Under the pieces are notes generated by a model. That model was not told where the DNA came from. It saw only the letters and a program-made list of their open reading frames with translations, and made no database searches. A DNA stretch of 36,963 nucleotides from Candidatus Fervidifonticultor sextus (GTDB lineage: Bacteria; Sysuimicrobiota; Sysuimicrobiia; Sysuimicrobiales; Humicultoraceae). A program made the position numbers and the translations under genes. Of the stretch, positions 16,776-26,027 are shown piece after piece (the first letter of the stretch is position 1; each line of letters starts with the position of its first letter). The stretch is from assembly GCA_031459875.1 (NCBI GenBank), contig JAVKHQ010000026.1, positions 1 to 36,963 on the forward strand, written 5' to 3'.

Positions 16776-17606
16776 ATGACCTACGAGACCATCCTGGTCC
16801 ACCGGGACGGCGGGATTGTTACCGTGACGCTGAACCGGCCGGCCAAGCGCAACGCCATGAACCCGACGCTACACCATGAGATGCACGATGCATTGACTCG
16901 TTTGGCGGATCAGGAGGACGTTCGCGTGCTGATCCTTACCGGCGCCGGCGAGGCGTTCTCCGCGGGCATGGACCTCAAGGAGTACTTCTACGACCTGAAG
17001 GACCGGCCGCACGAGGTGGACCGCATCCGGGTCATCTCGCAGGAGTGGCGCGACCGGAAACTGCGCCTGTTTCCCGCGCCGACCATCGCCATGGTGAACG
17101 GCTACTGTTTCGGCGGTGCCCTGCCGATCGTGGCTTCCTGCGACCTGGCGCTCGCCGCCGAAGAGGCCACCTTCGGCCTCTCCGAGATCAACTTCGGGGG
17201 CATCCCGGCCGGCCCGGTCGCCTGGGCGGTGGGCAACGTGCTCCACGAGCGCGACGCCCTCTGGTACATGCTCCTGGGCGAACCCTTCGACGGCCGGCGC
17301 GCGGCGGAGATCAGGCTGGTCAACAAGGCCGTCCCACGCGACCGGCTCCGAGAGGAGACCCTGATGGTCGCCCGGGCCCTGGTAGGCAAGGACCGTCACG
17401 CGCTGCGGCTGACCAAGGAGTTGTTCCGGCACTCTCGCGGAATGGAGCGCGACGCCGCGCTGGCCTTCGCCAACGCCAAGGTGCGAGAACTGACCCTGTT
17501 GCAGGACGGCCAGTGGATCGAGCAGGGAATCGGACACTTCCTGAAGGGCCAATACCGTCCCGGGCTTGCCGAGGCTCCGGGCCAGCCGGGCAGCGACCCG
17601 GACTGA
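16776..17606 (+). CDS. Crotonase-family protein, p-hydroxycinnamoyl/feruloyl-CoA hydratase-lyase (HCHL)-like
   Basis: LNRPAKRNAMNPTL, AGMDLKEYF, AMVNGYCFGG, FGLSEINFG and the C-terminal EQG...F...PGL typical of the HCHL clade; GAGGAGG RBS. Confidence 0.85.
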   Translation: MTYETILVHRDGGIVTVTLNRPAKRNAMNPTLHHEMHDALTRLADQEDVRVLILTGAGEAFSAGMDLKEYFYDLKDRPHEVDRIRVISQEWRDRKLRLFPAPTIAMVNGYCFGGALPIVASCDLALAAEEATFGLSEINFGGIPAGPVAWAVGNVLHERDALWYMLLGEPFDGRRAAEIRLVNKAVPRDRLREETLMVARALVGKDRHALRLTKELFRHSRGMERDAALAFANAKVRELTLLQDGQWIEQGIGHFLKGQYRPGLAEAPGQPGSDPD

Positions 17607-17633
17607 CATCGCATACGAGGGGAGCGTCGAGCC

Positions 17634-18479
17634 ATGCCTCCAACGCCTCCGGATGGGGTCGGCCAGACGGTGTCCGGCCACGAACTGACCTACGCAACAT
17701 ATCTTTGCCTCGATGAGCTCATGGAGCTCCAGCGAGGACGCACCGGGTCCCACGATGAGTTGCAGTTCATCGTGGTCCACCAGGTCTTCGAACTCTGGTT
17801 CAAGCTGCTGCTGCACGAACTGCGGGCCATCCGCTCGGCCATGCAGCTGGGGGACCTCCGGGGCGCCAACCGGCTGCTGCGCCGGGCCCACGAGATCCTC
17901 CGGATCCTGATCGCCGCCTTCCCCCTGCTGGAGACGATGCGGCCGGCCGACTTTTTGGAGATCCGCGGTGAACTCAAGGAGGCCAGCGGGTTCCAGAGCC
18001 GGCGGTTTCGCGAAATCGAGTTCATCTCGGGGCTCAAGGACGAGCGCTACGTCCGGGTCTTTGAGGACGACCCCGAGGACCAGGCGGTGCTGCGGGCCGC
18101 GCTGCAGGAGCCGACCCTGTGGGACGCCTTCGTGGGTCTGGTCAAACGCAAGGGCTATCCGGCGCAGAGCGATGAGGAGATCATCCAGGCCATCATCGCC
18201 ATTCACGTGGGCGACCGCCACCCCGCCATGGACGCCCTTGTGGACGGCCTGCTGGAGTACGACCTCCTGTTTGCCCAGTGGCGTACGCGGCACGTGCTGA
18301 TGGTGGAGCGGATGATCGGGGCGAAACCGGGGACCGGCCAGAAGCAGGTGACGCGGGTGGCCGGCGCCGGCTATGCCCTGGCCTCGGGCGTGGACTACCT
18401 GAAGACCACCCTGCACAAGCGCTTCTTCCCGCTCCTCTGGCAGGCGCGCACCTTCCTGGGCCGCGGAGGACCTGCGTGA
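17634..18479 (+). CDS. kynA: Tryptophan 2,3-dioxygenase family heme enzyme
   Basis: YATYL, HDELQFIVVHQVFELWFK, ASGFQSRRFREIEF, WRTRHVLMVERMIG (proximal His), GTG...SGVDYL and FFPLLW motifs. Confidence 0.9.
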   Translation: MPPTPPDGVGQTVSGHELTYATYLCLDELMELQRGRTGSHDELQFIVVHQVFELWFKLLLHELRAIRSAMQLGDLRGANRLLRRAHEILRILIAAFPLLETMRPADFLEIRGELKEASGFQSRRFREIEFISGLKDERYVRVFEDDPEDQAVLRAALQEPTLWDAFVGLVKRKGYPAQSDEEIIQAIIAIHVGDRHPAMDALVDGLLEYDLLFAQWRTRHVLMVERMIGAKPGTGQKQVTRVAGAGYALASGVDYLKTTLHKRFFPLLWQARTFLGRGGPA

Positions 18480-19633
18480 AGCCGCTCTCGCGCCGCGCGC
18501 AGGGCGTGCGGCCGTCCGGGATCCGCCAGATGATGGAGCGGGCGCGCCAGATCCCTGACGTCGTCCATCTGGAAGTGGGCGAGCCCGACGCGAACACGCC
18601 GGACCACATCATCCAGGCCGCGGCGGAGGCGGCCCGCGCGGGCTTCACCAGGTACACGCCGTCGGCGGGCCTGCCCTCGCTACGCGAGGCGCTGGCCCGC
18701 AAGTTGTCCGCGCAGAACGGGCTGCCGACCCATGCCGACCAGGTGGTCGTCGCGCCCGGCTCGGTCTTCGCCCTCGCCGCCGCCATGCTCGCGACCGTCG
18801 ATCCGGACGACGAGGTCCTGGTGCCGGACCCGGGGTGGCCCAACTACACCTCGGCCCTGCAGGTGATCGGGGCGCGCATCATCCCCTACCCCCTGCCGCG
18901 CCAAACGGGCTACCTGCCAGACCTCCCGGCCCTGCGTCGCCTGGTGACCGCGCGGACCAAGGCGATGATCGTCAATTCGCCCAGCAACCCGACCGGCGCG
19001 GTCTTCCCGCGGGAGACGGTCCGGGCGCTGACGGACCTGGCGGCTGAGTCGGACCTCTACCTCATCGCCGACGAGGTCTATGAAGAGTTTGTCTTCGAGG
19101 GCGAACACGTCTCGCCCGCCCTGTTCGACCCCGACGGCCGGGTGATCAGCGTGTTCGGGTTCTCCAAGACCTATGCCATGACGGGGTGGCGCCTGGGGTA
19201 CGCCCGGGCGGCCACGGCGGTCGCCGAGATGATGACCAGGCTGGCGGAGCCGTTCGTCTCCTGTCCCTCGTCGGTGGCGCAGAAGGCGGCGGAGGCGGCC
19301 CTGGCCGGACCCCGCACCGAGGTGGAGCGCATGCGCAAGGCCTACCGCCGCCGTCGCGACCTGGTCGTCGCGATCCTCGAGCCGGAAGGGCTCCTGGCCT
19401 CGGTCCCCCGCGGAGCGTTCTACGCGCTGGTGGACCTCTCGCGGATCGCGATGGATTCCTTCGCCCTGGCCGCGCAACTACTGGAAGAGGAGCGCGTGGC
19501 GACGGTACCCGGAGAAGCTTTTGGCCAGAGCGGAGCCGGGCTCGTGCGCATCTCCTTTGCCGCCGAACCGCGGTTGCTGGAGGAAGGGTGCCGGCGGATC
19601 GTGCGCTTTGCGACCCGGCGGGTGGGCGTGTGA
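18476..19633 (+). CDS. PLP-dependent aminotransferase class I/II (candidate kynurenine aminotransferase)
   Basis: LEVGEPD, YTPSAG, NSPSNPTG, ADEVY and GFSKTYAMTGWRLGY motifs; GTGA-coupled to kynA upstream and kynB downstream. The substrate is an inference. Confidence 0.9.
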   Translation: MKPLSRRAQGVRPSGIRQMMERARQIPDVVHLEVGEPDANTPDHIIQAAAEAARAGFTRYTPSAGLPSLREALARKLSAQNGLPTHADQVVVAPGSVFALAAAMLATVDPDDEVLVPDPGWPNYTSALQVIGARIIPYPLPRQTGYLPDLPALRRLVTARTKAMIVNSPSNPTGAVFPRETVRALTDLAAESDLYLIADEVYEEFVFEGEHVSPALFDPDGRVISVFGFSKTYAMTGWRLGYARAATAVAEMMTRLAEPFVSCPSSVAQKAAEAALAGPRTEVERMRKAYRRRRDLVVAILEPEGLLASVPRGAFYALVDLSRIAMDSFALAAQLLEEERVATVPGEAFGQSGAGLVRISFAAEPRLLEEGCRRIVRFATRRVGV

Positions 19634-20304
19634 GCGCGCGCGCGGCGGCCAGCACGCTCTACGACATCTCACGCCCGATCTCGCCGGCGATCGCCGTGTG
19701 GCCGGGCGACCAGACATTCCGGGTGCGCTGGACGATGCGCCTGGCCGCCGGTGATGCCTGCAACGTGGCCGCGGTGACCATGAGCGTGCACACCGGCACG
19801 CATGCCGACGCGCCCTACCACTTCGATGAGCAGGGGGCGGCCATTGCCGACGTGCCCCTCGAGCCCTACGTGGGTCCGGCGACCGTCGTGGAGGCCGCCG
19901 GCGGGTCCATCGACGTCGACACCCTGGACGGGCTCGACCTGGCGCGCATCCGGCGGATCCTCTTCAAAACCGGGGCCAGCGGATTGCCCGAGTTCCGGTG
20001 GGACACCGAGTTTACCTATCTGACCGAGCGGGCGGCGCGACGGCTGGCCGACTGCGGCGTGCTCCTGGTTGGCACCGACGCGCCGTCGGTGGACGCCCAC
20101 GACAGCAAGACGCTGGCGGCGCACCGGACCCTGGCCCGCGGCGGTGTGGCGATCCTGGAGTCGCTCCACCTGGCGGCGGTGCCGCCGGGCGAGTACGACC
20201 TGATGGCGCTGCCACTCAGGCTGGTGGGGCTCGATGCCTCGCCGGTGCGCGCGGTGCTCCGGCCGCTGGCTGCGCCGGACGCGCGCGACCTCAAGGGGGT
20301 GTGA
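19630..20304 (+). CDS. kynB: Cyclase-family arylformamidase (kynurenine formamidase)
   Basis: DISRPI...WPGD, HTGTHADAPYH metal motif, GTDAPSVD, AHR, ILESL, LPLRL...DASPVRAVL; two genes downstream of TDO. Confidence 0.85.
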   Translation: MSARAAASTLYDISRPISPAIAVWPGDQTFRVRWTMRLAAGDACNVAAVTMSVHTGTHADAPYHFDEQGAAIADVPLEPYVGPATVVEAAGGSIDVDTLDGLDLARIRRILFKTGASGLPEFRWDTEFTYLTERAARRLADCGVLLVGTDAPSVDAHDSKTLAAHRTLARGGVAILESLHLAAVPPGEYDLMALPLRLVGLDASPVRAVLRPLAAPDARDLKGV

Positions 20305-20309
20305 CGATC

Positions 20310-21290
20310 ATGTTCCGAAGAGTGCTGGCCGTTGTCCCGCTGCTGCTCCTCCTGATCGGATCGGCAGCCGAATCTGCACCCGGAGGGCCGGTGGAGATCC
20401 GATTGGGCCACGGGTTCGCCGCCGAAGAACAACTCTGGCTGATGGCCGCCCGACCGGACATCGCGCCCAACCAGGGCAAGGCTTATACCCTGAAGCTGGT
20501 CGCATTCCGGGCCAGCGCCGACCGCCTGACCGCCTACGAGGCCGGCCAGCTCGACGGCGGGACCATCTCGGGTCCCACCTCGCTGTTTGCCGCGGAGCAG
20601 GGCCTGCCGCTCAAACTGGTGGCCAGCGTCTCGCGCGAGGTGCCGGGCGGCAACTGGCACAACACGACCTACCTGGCGCTGGCAGACTCGGGCATCCGGT
20701 CCCCGCGGGACCTGCGGGGCAAGACGATCGGCATCGTGGACTTCAAGAGTGCGACCGACCTGTGGGCACGCACCGCGGTGGCTTCGGGCGGGCTGGACCC
20801 CAACCGGGACGTCCAGTACGTGGTCGTCCCGTTCCCGGCCATGGGGGAGGCGCTGCGCGCCAGGCGCATTGACGTCGGCACCTTCCCCAACCCCTTCTAC
20901 ACGGTGGAGCGGAGCCGGGGCGGCGTGGTGGAGGTCTTCACATCCAAGACCGGCGTCCCGTTCGACGAGGAGTTGATCCTGCTGTTCTTCCGCCCCGAGT
21001 TCGTCCAGCGGAACGAGGCCGCGGTCCGGGCGTTCCTGCGCGACTTCGTGGCGGCGACCCGATGGTATCTGTCCAATCCCCGAGAGGCGCGCCAGGCGCT
21101 CATTGACCGGCGCTTCGTCCTGACGCCGGCCGCCATCTACCTGGACATGCAGGACTACTACCGGGAGCCGACGGCCCGGATTACCGTGGAGGCGTTGCGG
21201 AGGGTCCAGGAGCTCCACCTGAAGGTGGGCTGGCAGTCCAGAGCGCTGGACCTGCGGAAACTGGTGGACAACTCGCTGCTACCCTACTAG
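20310..21290 (+). CDS. ABC transporter substrate-binding protein (NitT/TauT/SsuA-like), system 2
   Basis: Signal peptide; DLRGKTIG and VPFPAMGEALRARRID motifs; first gene of an SBP-ATPase-permease-permease set. Confidence 0.88.
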   Translation: MFRRVLAVVPLLLLLIGSAAESAPGGPVEIRLGHGFAAEEQLWLMAARPDIAPNQGKAYTLKLVAFRASADRLTAYEAGQLDGGTISGPTSLFAAEQGLPLKLVASVSREVPGGNWHNTTYLALADSGIRSPRDLRGKTIGIVDFKSATDLWARTAVASGGLDPNRDVQYVVVPFPAMGEALRARRIDVGTFPNPFYTVERSRGGVVEVFTSKTGVPFDEELILLFFRPEFVQRNEAAVRAFLRDFVAATRWYLSNPREARQALIDRRFVLTPAAIYLDMQDYYREPTARITVEALRRVQELHLKVGWQSRALDLRKLVDNSLLPY

Positions 21291-21333
21291 GTTCCATTCA
21301 TCCGGTCGCCTGAACCTGGCACTGGAGTATCCC

Positions 21334-22140
21334 GTGCCGCTCCTCGAGGTCACCAACCTGTCCAAGGTTTACGGCAACGGCCGCGGCCGGCTGGAGGCCA
21401 TCCGCGACCTGACCCTCACCATGGAGGAGGGGGAGTTCGTGGCGGTCGTCGGTCCCAGCGGCTGCGGCAAGAGCACCTTCCTGCACATCCTGGGCGGGTT
21501 CATCCCGCCCAGCGACGGGTCCATGCGGGTGGCCGGGCGGGCCGTGCGCGGTCCGGGTCCGGACCGGGGGGTGATGTTCCAGGAACTGGCTCTCTTCCCG
21601 TGGCGGACGGTGTTGGGCAACACCGTGTGGGCGCTCGAAGTGCAGGGGTACCCGCGGCCGGAGCGTGAGGCGATCGCCGAGCGCTACCTGTCGCTGGTGG
21701 GCCTGCTGCCGTTCAAGCACGCCTATCCCTGGGAACTCTCAGGCGGGATGAAGCAACGGGTGGCGCTGGCTCGGGTGCTGGCCTTCGACCCCGCGGTCCT
21801 ACTCATGGACGAGCCTTTCGGGGCCCTCGACGCCCAGACGCGGGAACTGCTGCAGGAAGAGCTGCAGCGCATCTGTTTCGAGACCGGCAAGACCGTGCTC
21901 TTCGTCACCCACGACATCGAGGAAGCCGTCTACCTGGCCGACCGTGTGATCGTCTTCTCAGCGCGGCCCGGCCGCGTCAAGGCTACGGTGCCGATCGCGC
22001 TGGCGCGGCCCCGACGCCTCGAGGTCAAGAAGAGCGGGGAGTTCGTGGCGTACCGGAATCAGCTCTGGGACCTGCTGCGCGAGGAGGTCCTGAAGGCCCG
22101 TCAGGAGGCGGAGGCGGGCCAGGCGGCCGGGGATGGCTGA
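21334..22140 (+). CDS. ABC transporter ATP-binding protein (NitT/TauT type)
   Basis: GPSGCGKS, LSGGMKQR, LLMDEPFGALD and VTHD motifs. Confidence 0.95.
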   Translation: MPLLEVTNLSKVYGNGRGRLEAIRDLTLTMEEGEFVAVVGPSGCGKSTFLHILGGFIPPSDGSMRVAGRAVRGPGPDRGVMFQELALFPWRTVLGNTVWALEVQGYPRPEREAIAERYLSLVGLLPFKHAYPWELSGGMKQRVALARVLAFDPAVLLMDEPFGALDAQTRELLQEELQRICFETGKTVLFVTHDIEEAVYLADRVIVFSARPGRVKATVPIALARPRRLEVKKSGEFVAYRNQLWDLLREEVLKARQEAEAGQAAGDG

Positions 22141-22987
22141 CCTCTCTCCCCAGCGGGTCCTGCCCGCAGCGGCCGTCCGATCGCCGGGGTGGGGCGCGGG
22201 GGTCGGGCTGGTGGGACGGATCCGCGCCCTGGCGGTCTCCCTGGCCGCGCCCGCCGTCCTGCTGGCCGTCTGGGAGGGCCTGGCGTCCCTGGGCGCGCTG
22301 CCTGCGTTCCTGGTCAGCCCCAGGATCGTCGCCAGGGAACTGGCAGCCCTGGCGGCCAGCGGTGACCTCTTCGAGCACGCGTCGGCCAGCCTCTACCGCT
22401 CGCTGGTCGGGTTTGCCATGGGCTCCGCGTCGGGACTGGCGCTGGGGTTGCTCTCGGGGGTCTCGCCTGTGGTGGCCGGGTTCTTCGACCCGCTGGTGTC
22501 GCTGACGAACCCCGTGCCCAAGGTGGCGACCCTGCCGATGCTGGTGGTCTGGTTCGGGATCAGCGACCTCTCCAAGATCCTGCTGATCGCCGTCTCCTGT
22601 TTCTACCCGTGTTTCATCGCCGCCTTCCACGGGGTCCGGTCGGTCGATCCCCTGTGGATCTGGGCGGCGCGGAACATGGGGGCGCGCCCGTCACAGGCCT
22701 TCTTCAGGGTCGTCATGCCGGCGACCGCGGCGCAGATGTTCAACGGGTTGCGGGTGGCGCTGGCCCTCTCGTTCATCCTGATGCTGGCGTCCGAGTTGAT
22801 GGGGTCGTCCAACCGCACCGGGCTGGGCTTTCTGCTCCTCTCCGCCGACGCCGGCGGCCGCTTCGACCTGATGTTCGCGGCGATCGCGGCGATCGCGATG
22901 GTAGGACTCGTCTGTGACCGGCTGCTGCTGACGGCGCGCCGGGCGCTGGTGCACGGCGAGCAGGAAGGCGGAGGCACACATGGTTAG
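22133..22987 (+). CDS. ABC transporter permease (NitT/TauT type)
   Basis: PVPKVA, WFGI and AARNMGA...FFRVVMPA motifs; TM segments. Confidence 0.9.
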   Translation: MADLSPQRVLPAAAVRSPGWGAGVGLVGRIRALAVSLAAPAVLLAVWEGLASLGALPAFLVSPRIVARELAALAASGDLFEHASASLYRSLVGFAMGSASGLALGLLSGVSPVVAGFFDPLVSLTNPVPKVATLPMLVVWFGISDLSKILLIAVSCFYPCFIAAFHGVRSVDPLWIWAARNMGARPSQAFFRVVMPATAAQMFNGLRVALALSFILMLASELMGSSNRTGLGFLLLSADAGGRFDLMFAAIAAIAMVGLVCDRLLLTARRALVHGEQEGGGTHG

Positions 22988-23774
22988 CTTGCTGACCTGG
23001 CCGCGCGCCTGGCTGTCCCGCACCTACTCCATCTTCATCGTGCTGGGGCTGTGGGAACTGGTGGCGCGCTCCGGATGGGTCAACCCGCGGCTCTTCCCCA
23101 GCCTGGCGGCTGTCGCCGAGCAGGTCTGGGTACTGGCAGCCAGCCAGATGCTGGTCGTGCACGCGACGGCCACGCTGTTCCGCGTGTTCGCGGGGTTCGG
23201 GGCGGCGGCCGTGCTGGGCGTCGGGCTGGGGTTCCTGATGGCCCGCTACGAGGTGTTCGGCCGCCTGGTGGAGCCCATGTTCTCGTTCGGGTATCCCGTG
23301 CCCCGGGTGGCCCTCTACCCGATCTGCATCTTCCTCTTCGGGATCGGGCACCTCTCGAAGGTCGTGCTGGTCGCCCTGGAGTGCCTGTATCCGATCGCCA
23401 TCAAGACGTACTACGGCACCCGCGCGGCCAACCGGCTGTACCTGTGGTCGGCGCAGAGCATGGGCGCGTCGCGCGCACAGGTGTTCCTGAAGGTGGTCCT
23501 GCCGGCGGCGGCGCCGTCGGTCTTCACCGGGTTCCGCATCGCGCTGCCGATCGCCATGGTCATCGTCATCGTGACCGAGATGATCAGCTCGACCCGCGGG
23601 TTGGGCTGGCTCATCACCTACGCGTCCGCCTCGTTGTCGAGGGCACAGGTATTCGCCGGCGTGGCGGCGGTCGCGGCGATCGGGTTTGCGCTGGACCGCA
23701 CCCTTGCGGTTGTCCGCAACCGGCTCATCTTCTGGGAACGGGAATCGCTGTCGCTGGTCGACGGGAGCCAATGA
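22980..23774 (+). CDS. ABC transporter permease (NitT/TauT type)
   Basis: PVPRVALYP, SAQSMGAS...KVVLPAA and TEMI...GLG motifs. Confidence 0.9.
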   Translation: MVSLLTWPRAWLSRTYSIFIVLGLWELVARSGWVNPRLFPSLAAVAEQVWVLAASQMLVVHATATLFRVFAGFGAAAVLGVGLGFLMARYEVFGRLVEPMFSFGYPVPRVALYPICIFLFGIGHLSKVVLVALECLYPIAIKTYYGTRAANRLYLWSAQSMGASRAQVFLKVVLPAAAPSVFTGFRIALPIAMVIVIVTEMISSTRGLGWLITYASASLSRAQVFAGVAAVAAIGFALDRTLAVVRNRLIFWERESLSLVDGSQ

Positions 23775-23796
23775 GGAGAGAGGGAGCATATCGCCC

Positions 23797-24651
23797 GTGA
23801 CGGCCCGCCCACCCTGCCGCATCCGCCGTCCCGGTCACGTCGCCATCGCCGTCCCCGACGTGCCCCTGGCGCTGGACTACTACACGCGGGTCCTGCGTAT
23901 GGTGCGCGTCGAGGAGAGCGACGGTGTGGTCTACCTGCGGTCGAGGTTCGAGCACCACTGCCTGGAGTTGCACCGGGCGGAAGCCCCCGGGCTGCGGCAC
24001 GCCGGGTGGGAGACCGACAGCGACGAGGCCACGGAAGCGCTCCGGGCGCACCTGGCGGGGCTCGGGGTCCCGGTCCGCGAGGCCCCGCCGGAGCCCGGGC
24101 GGCGCGGCATGGCCTTCCAGTTCCAGGACTCCAACGGCCTGTGGCACGAGGTCTACCGCGCGATGGATCGGGTGCCGGCCCTGGTGGCCGACGGGCCGTT
24201 CCCAATCCTGCGCCAGGCGCACTTCGCCTTCAACACGCCCGACGTGGACCGGGAGCTGGCGTTCTTCAAGTCGGTCGGGTTCCGGGTCTCCGACTGGCTG
24301 CCGGGGCTGCAGGGCTCGCTGCGCTGCAACCCCGACCACCACGGGATCTCGCTGTTCAAGTTCGAGCGGCCCGGGCTGCACCACCACGGCTACGACATCG
24401 GGACCTGGGAGAACCTCAAGGTCATCCTGGACTGGATGGCCTTGCAGGGCGCGCCGGTGGAAGTCGGTCCGGTGCGGCACGCGACGGGCAACAACATTTC
24501 GGTCTACATCCGCGACCCCCACCGCATTCGCGTCGAGCTCTACTGTGAGATGGAGCAGATTACCGACGACGAGGACCACGAAGCCCGTCGGCATCCGCAC
24601 GTGTTCGACCTCTGGCAGCAGAAGCCTCCGCCGCCCGGCTTTCGAGAGTAG
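23797..24651 (+). CDS. Two-domain VOC-family extradiol (catechol 2,3-type) dioxygenase
   Basis: GHVAIAVPD, AHFAF (His), RCNPDHHGI, LHHHGY (His) and GPVRH...YIRDP...VELY (His/Tyr/Glu) match the type I extradiol pattern. Confidence 0.85.
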   Translation: MTARPPCRIRRPGHVAIAVPDVPLALDYYTRVLRMVRVEESDGVVYLRSRFEHHCLELHRAEAPGLRHAGWETDSDEATEALRAHLAGLGVPVREAPPEPGRRGMAFQFQDSNGLWHEVYRAMDRVPALVADGPFPILRQAHFAFNTPDVDRELAFFKSVGFRVSDWLPGLQGSLRCNPDHHGISLFKFERPGLHHHGYDIGTWENLKVILDWMALQGAPVEVGPVRHATGNNISVYIRDPHRIRVELYCEMEQITDDEDHEARRHPHVFDLWQQKPPPPGFRE

Positions 24652-24669
24652 AGCCCAGGAGGGACTCGC

Positions 24670-25986
24670 ATGCCATCCCTGGAGACCACGAGCGAACGGG
24701 GAGACGGACAGGACACGATGAATCGGCTCTGCGGCGTTCGGCCGGATCGGGGCGAGATTCCCGCGTTCATCTTCGCAGACCCCGAGGTTTACCGGTTGGA
24801 ACTGGAGCGGATCTTCACCCGGTGCTGGCTGTTCGTGGCGCACGAGTCGGAGATCCCATCGCCCGGCGACTATGTGACCCGGTTCATGGGTGAGCACCCG
24901 GTGATCGTCGCCCGCGACGAGGACAGTGTGATTCGCGTCCTGCTCAACGTCTGCCGCCACCGCGGGATGCGGATCTGCCGGGCGGATCTGGGCAACGCCT
25001 CGCACTTCCGCTGCCCATACCACGGCTTCACCTACAAGAACACCGGTGAGTTGATTGGGGTGCCGTTCGAGCGCGAACTCTACGGTGACGTGCTGGCAAA
25101 GGAGCGGATGGGCCTGATCCGGGCCAGGGTGGAGTCCTATGCCGGGCTGGTCTTTGCGACCTGGGACGAGCAGGCGGAGCCGCTGCGGCAGTACCTGGGG
25201 CCCATGACCTGGTACCTGGACCTGCTGGCGGGCCGGGCCGAGATGGAAGTCGTCGGGCCGCCCCACCGGTACGAGATGGCGACCAACTGGAAATTGCCGG
25301 CTGAGAATGCCGCCTCGGACGCCTACCACACCATGCACACCCACGCCTCCATCGCCGAGATCGGCCTGACCCCGGCCGTGACCTGGGCTAAGGACGGCTA
25401 CCACATCAGCGCCGGCAACGGACACGGCGTGATGATCGGCGCCCCCACCCGCCGGTTCATTTTTGCCGAAGATCTCATCCCGGAGTTCGAGCGGCGCCTC
25501 AGCCCCGCGCAGATGACGGTGCTACGGCAGATGGCGCACATGCCGGGCACGGTCTTTCCAAACCTCTCCTTCCTGATTTCGGCGGTGACCTTCAAGGGTC
25601 GGTTCATCTCGCACACGGAGTTGCTGTTCTGGCAGCCCAAGGGGCCCCACCGGATCGACGCCTACTCGTGGTTTCTGGTTGAAAAACACGCGCCCGACTG
25701 GTGGAAGGAGTTGTCCCGCCAAGCGTTCATCGTTACGTTCGGCCCTTCGGGGATGCTCTCACAGGATGACAGCGAGAACTTCACCCAGATCGCCCGCAAC
25801 GTCCGCGGCCCGGTGGCCGGCCGCCTGGCGTTCAACTACGAGATGGGACTGCACCGCGCTCCGATGCAGGATTTCCCGGGCCCCGGGCAGGTTTACGAAG
25901 GGAAGTACAACGAGGCGAACGCCCGCGGCTTCTACGCACGGTGGCTGGAGTTGATGCGCGACGGCGGCCCGCGTCCGGGCGCATAG
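24670..25986 (+). CDS. Rieske ring-hydroxylating dioxygenase, alpha subunit
   Basis: Rieske motif CRHRG...CPYH; mononuclear Fe site NWKLPAEN..SDAYH..HTH and QDDSEN; overall pattern resembles Gram-positive PhtAa/NidA-type enzymes. Confidence 0.95.
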   Translation: MPSLETTSERGDGQDTMNRLCGVRPDRGEIPAFIFADPEVYRLELERIFTRCWLFVAHESEIPSPGDYVTRFMGEHPVIVARDEDSVIRVLLNVCRHRGMRICRADLGNASHFRCPYHGFTYKNTGELIGVPFERELYGDVLAKERMGLIRARVESYAGLVFATWDEQAEPLRQYLGPMTWYLDLLAGRAEMEVVGPPHRYEMATNWKLPAENAASDAYHTMHTHASIAEIGLTPAVTWAKDGYHISAGNGHGVMIGAPTRRFIFAEDLIPEFERRLSPAQMTVLRQMAHMPGTVFPNLSFLISAVTFKGRFISHTELLFWQPKGPHRIDAYSWFLVEKHAPDWWKELSRQAFIVTFGPSGMLSQDDSENFTQIARNVRGPVAGRLAFNYEMGLHRAPMQDFPGPGQVYEGKYNEANARGFYARWLELMRDGGPRPGA

Positions 25987-26027
25987 CGGTCGACGAGGGC
26001 CCTTCCTGGGGAGGCAGTGTTATTGTT

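Noticed and set aside
18476..19633. Calling this PLP enzyme kynureninase (kynU) because of its position
   Set aside because: Its motifs (NPTG, DEVY, SKTYAMTGWRLG) are class I/II aminotransferase, not the class V kynureninase pattern.
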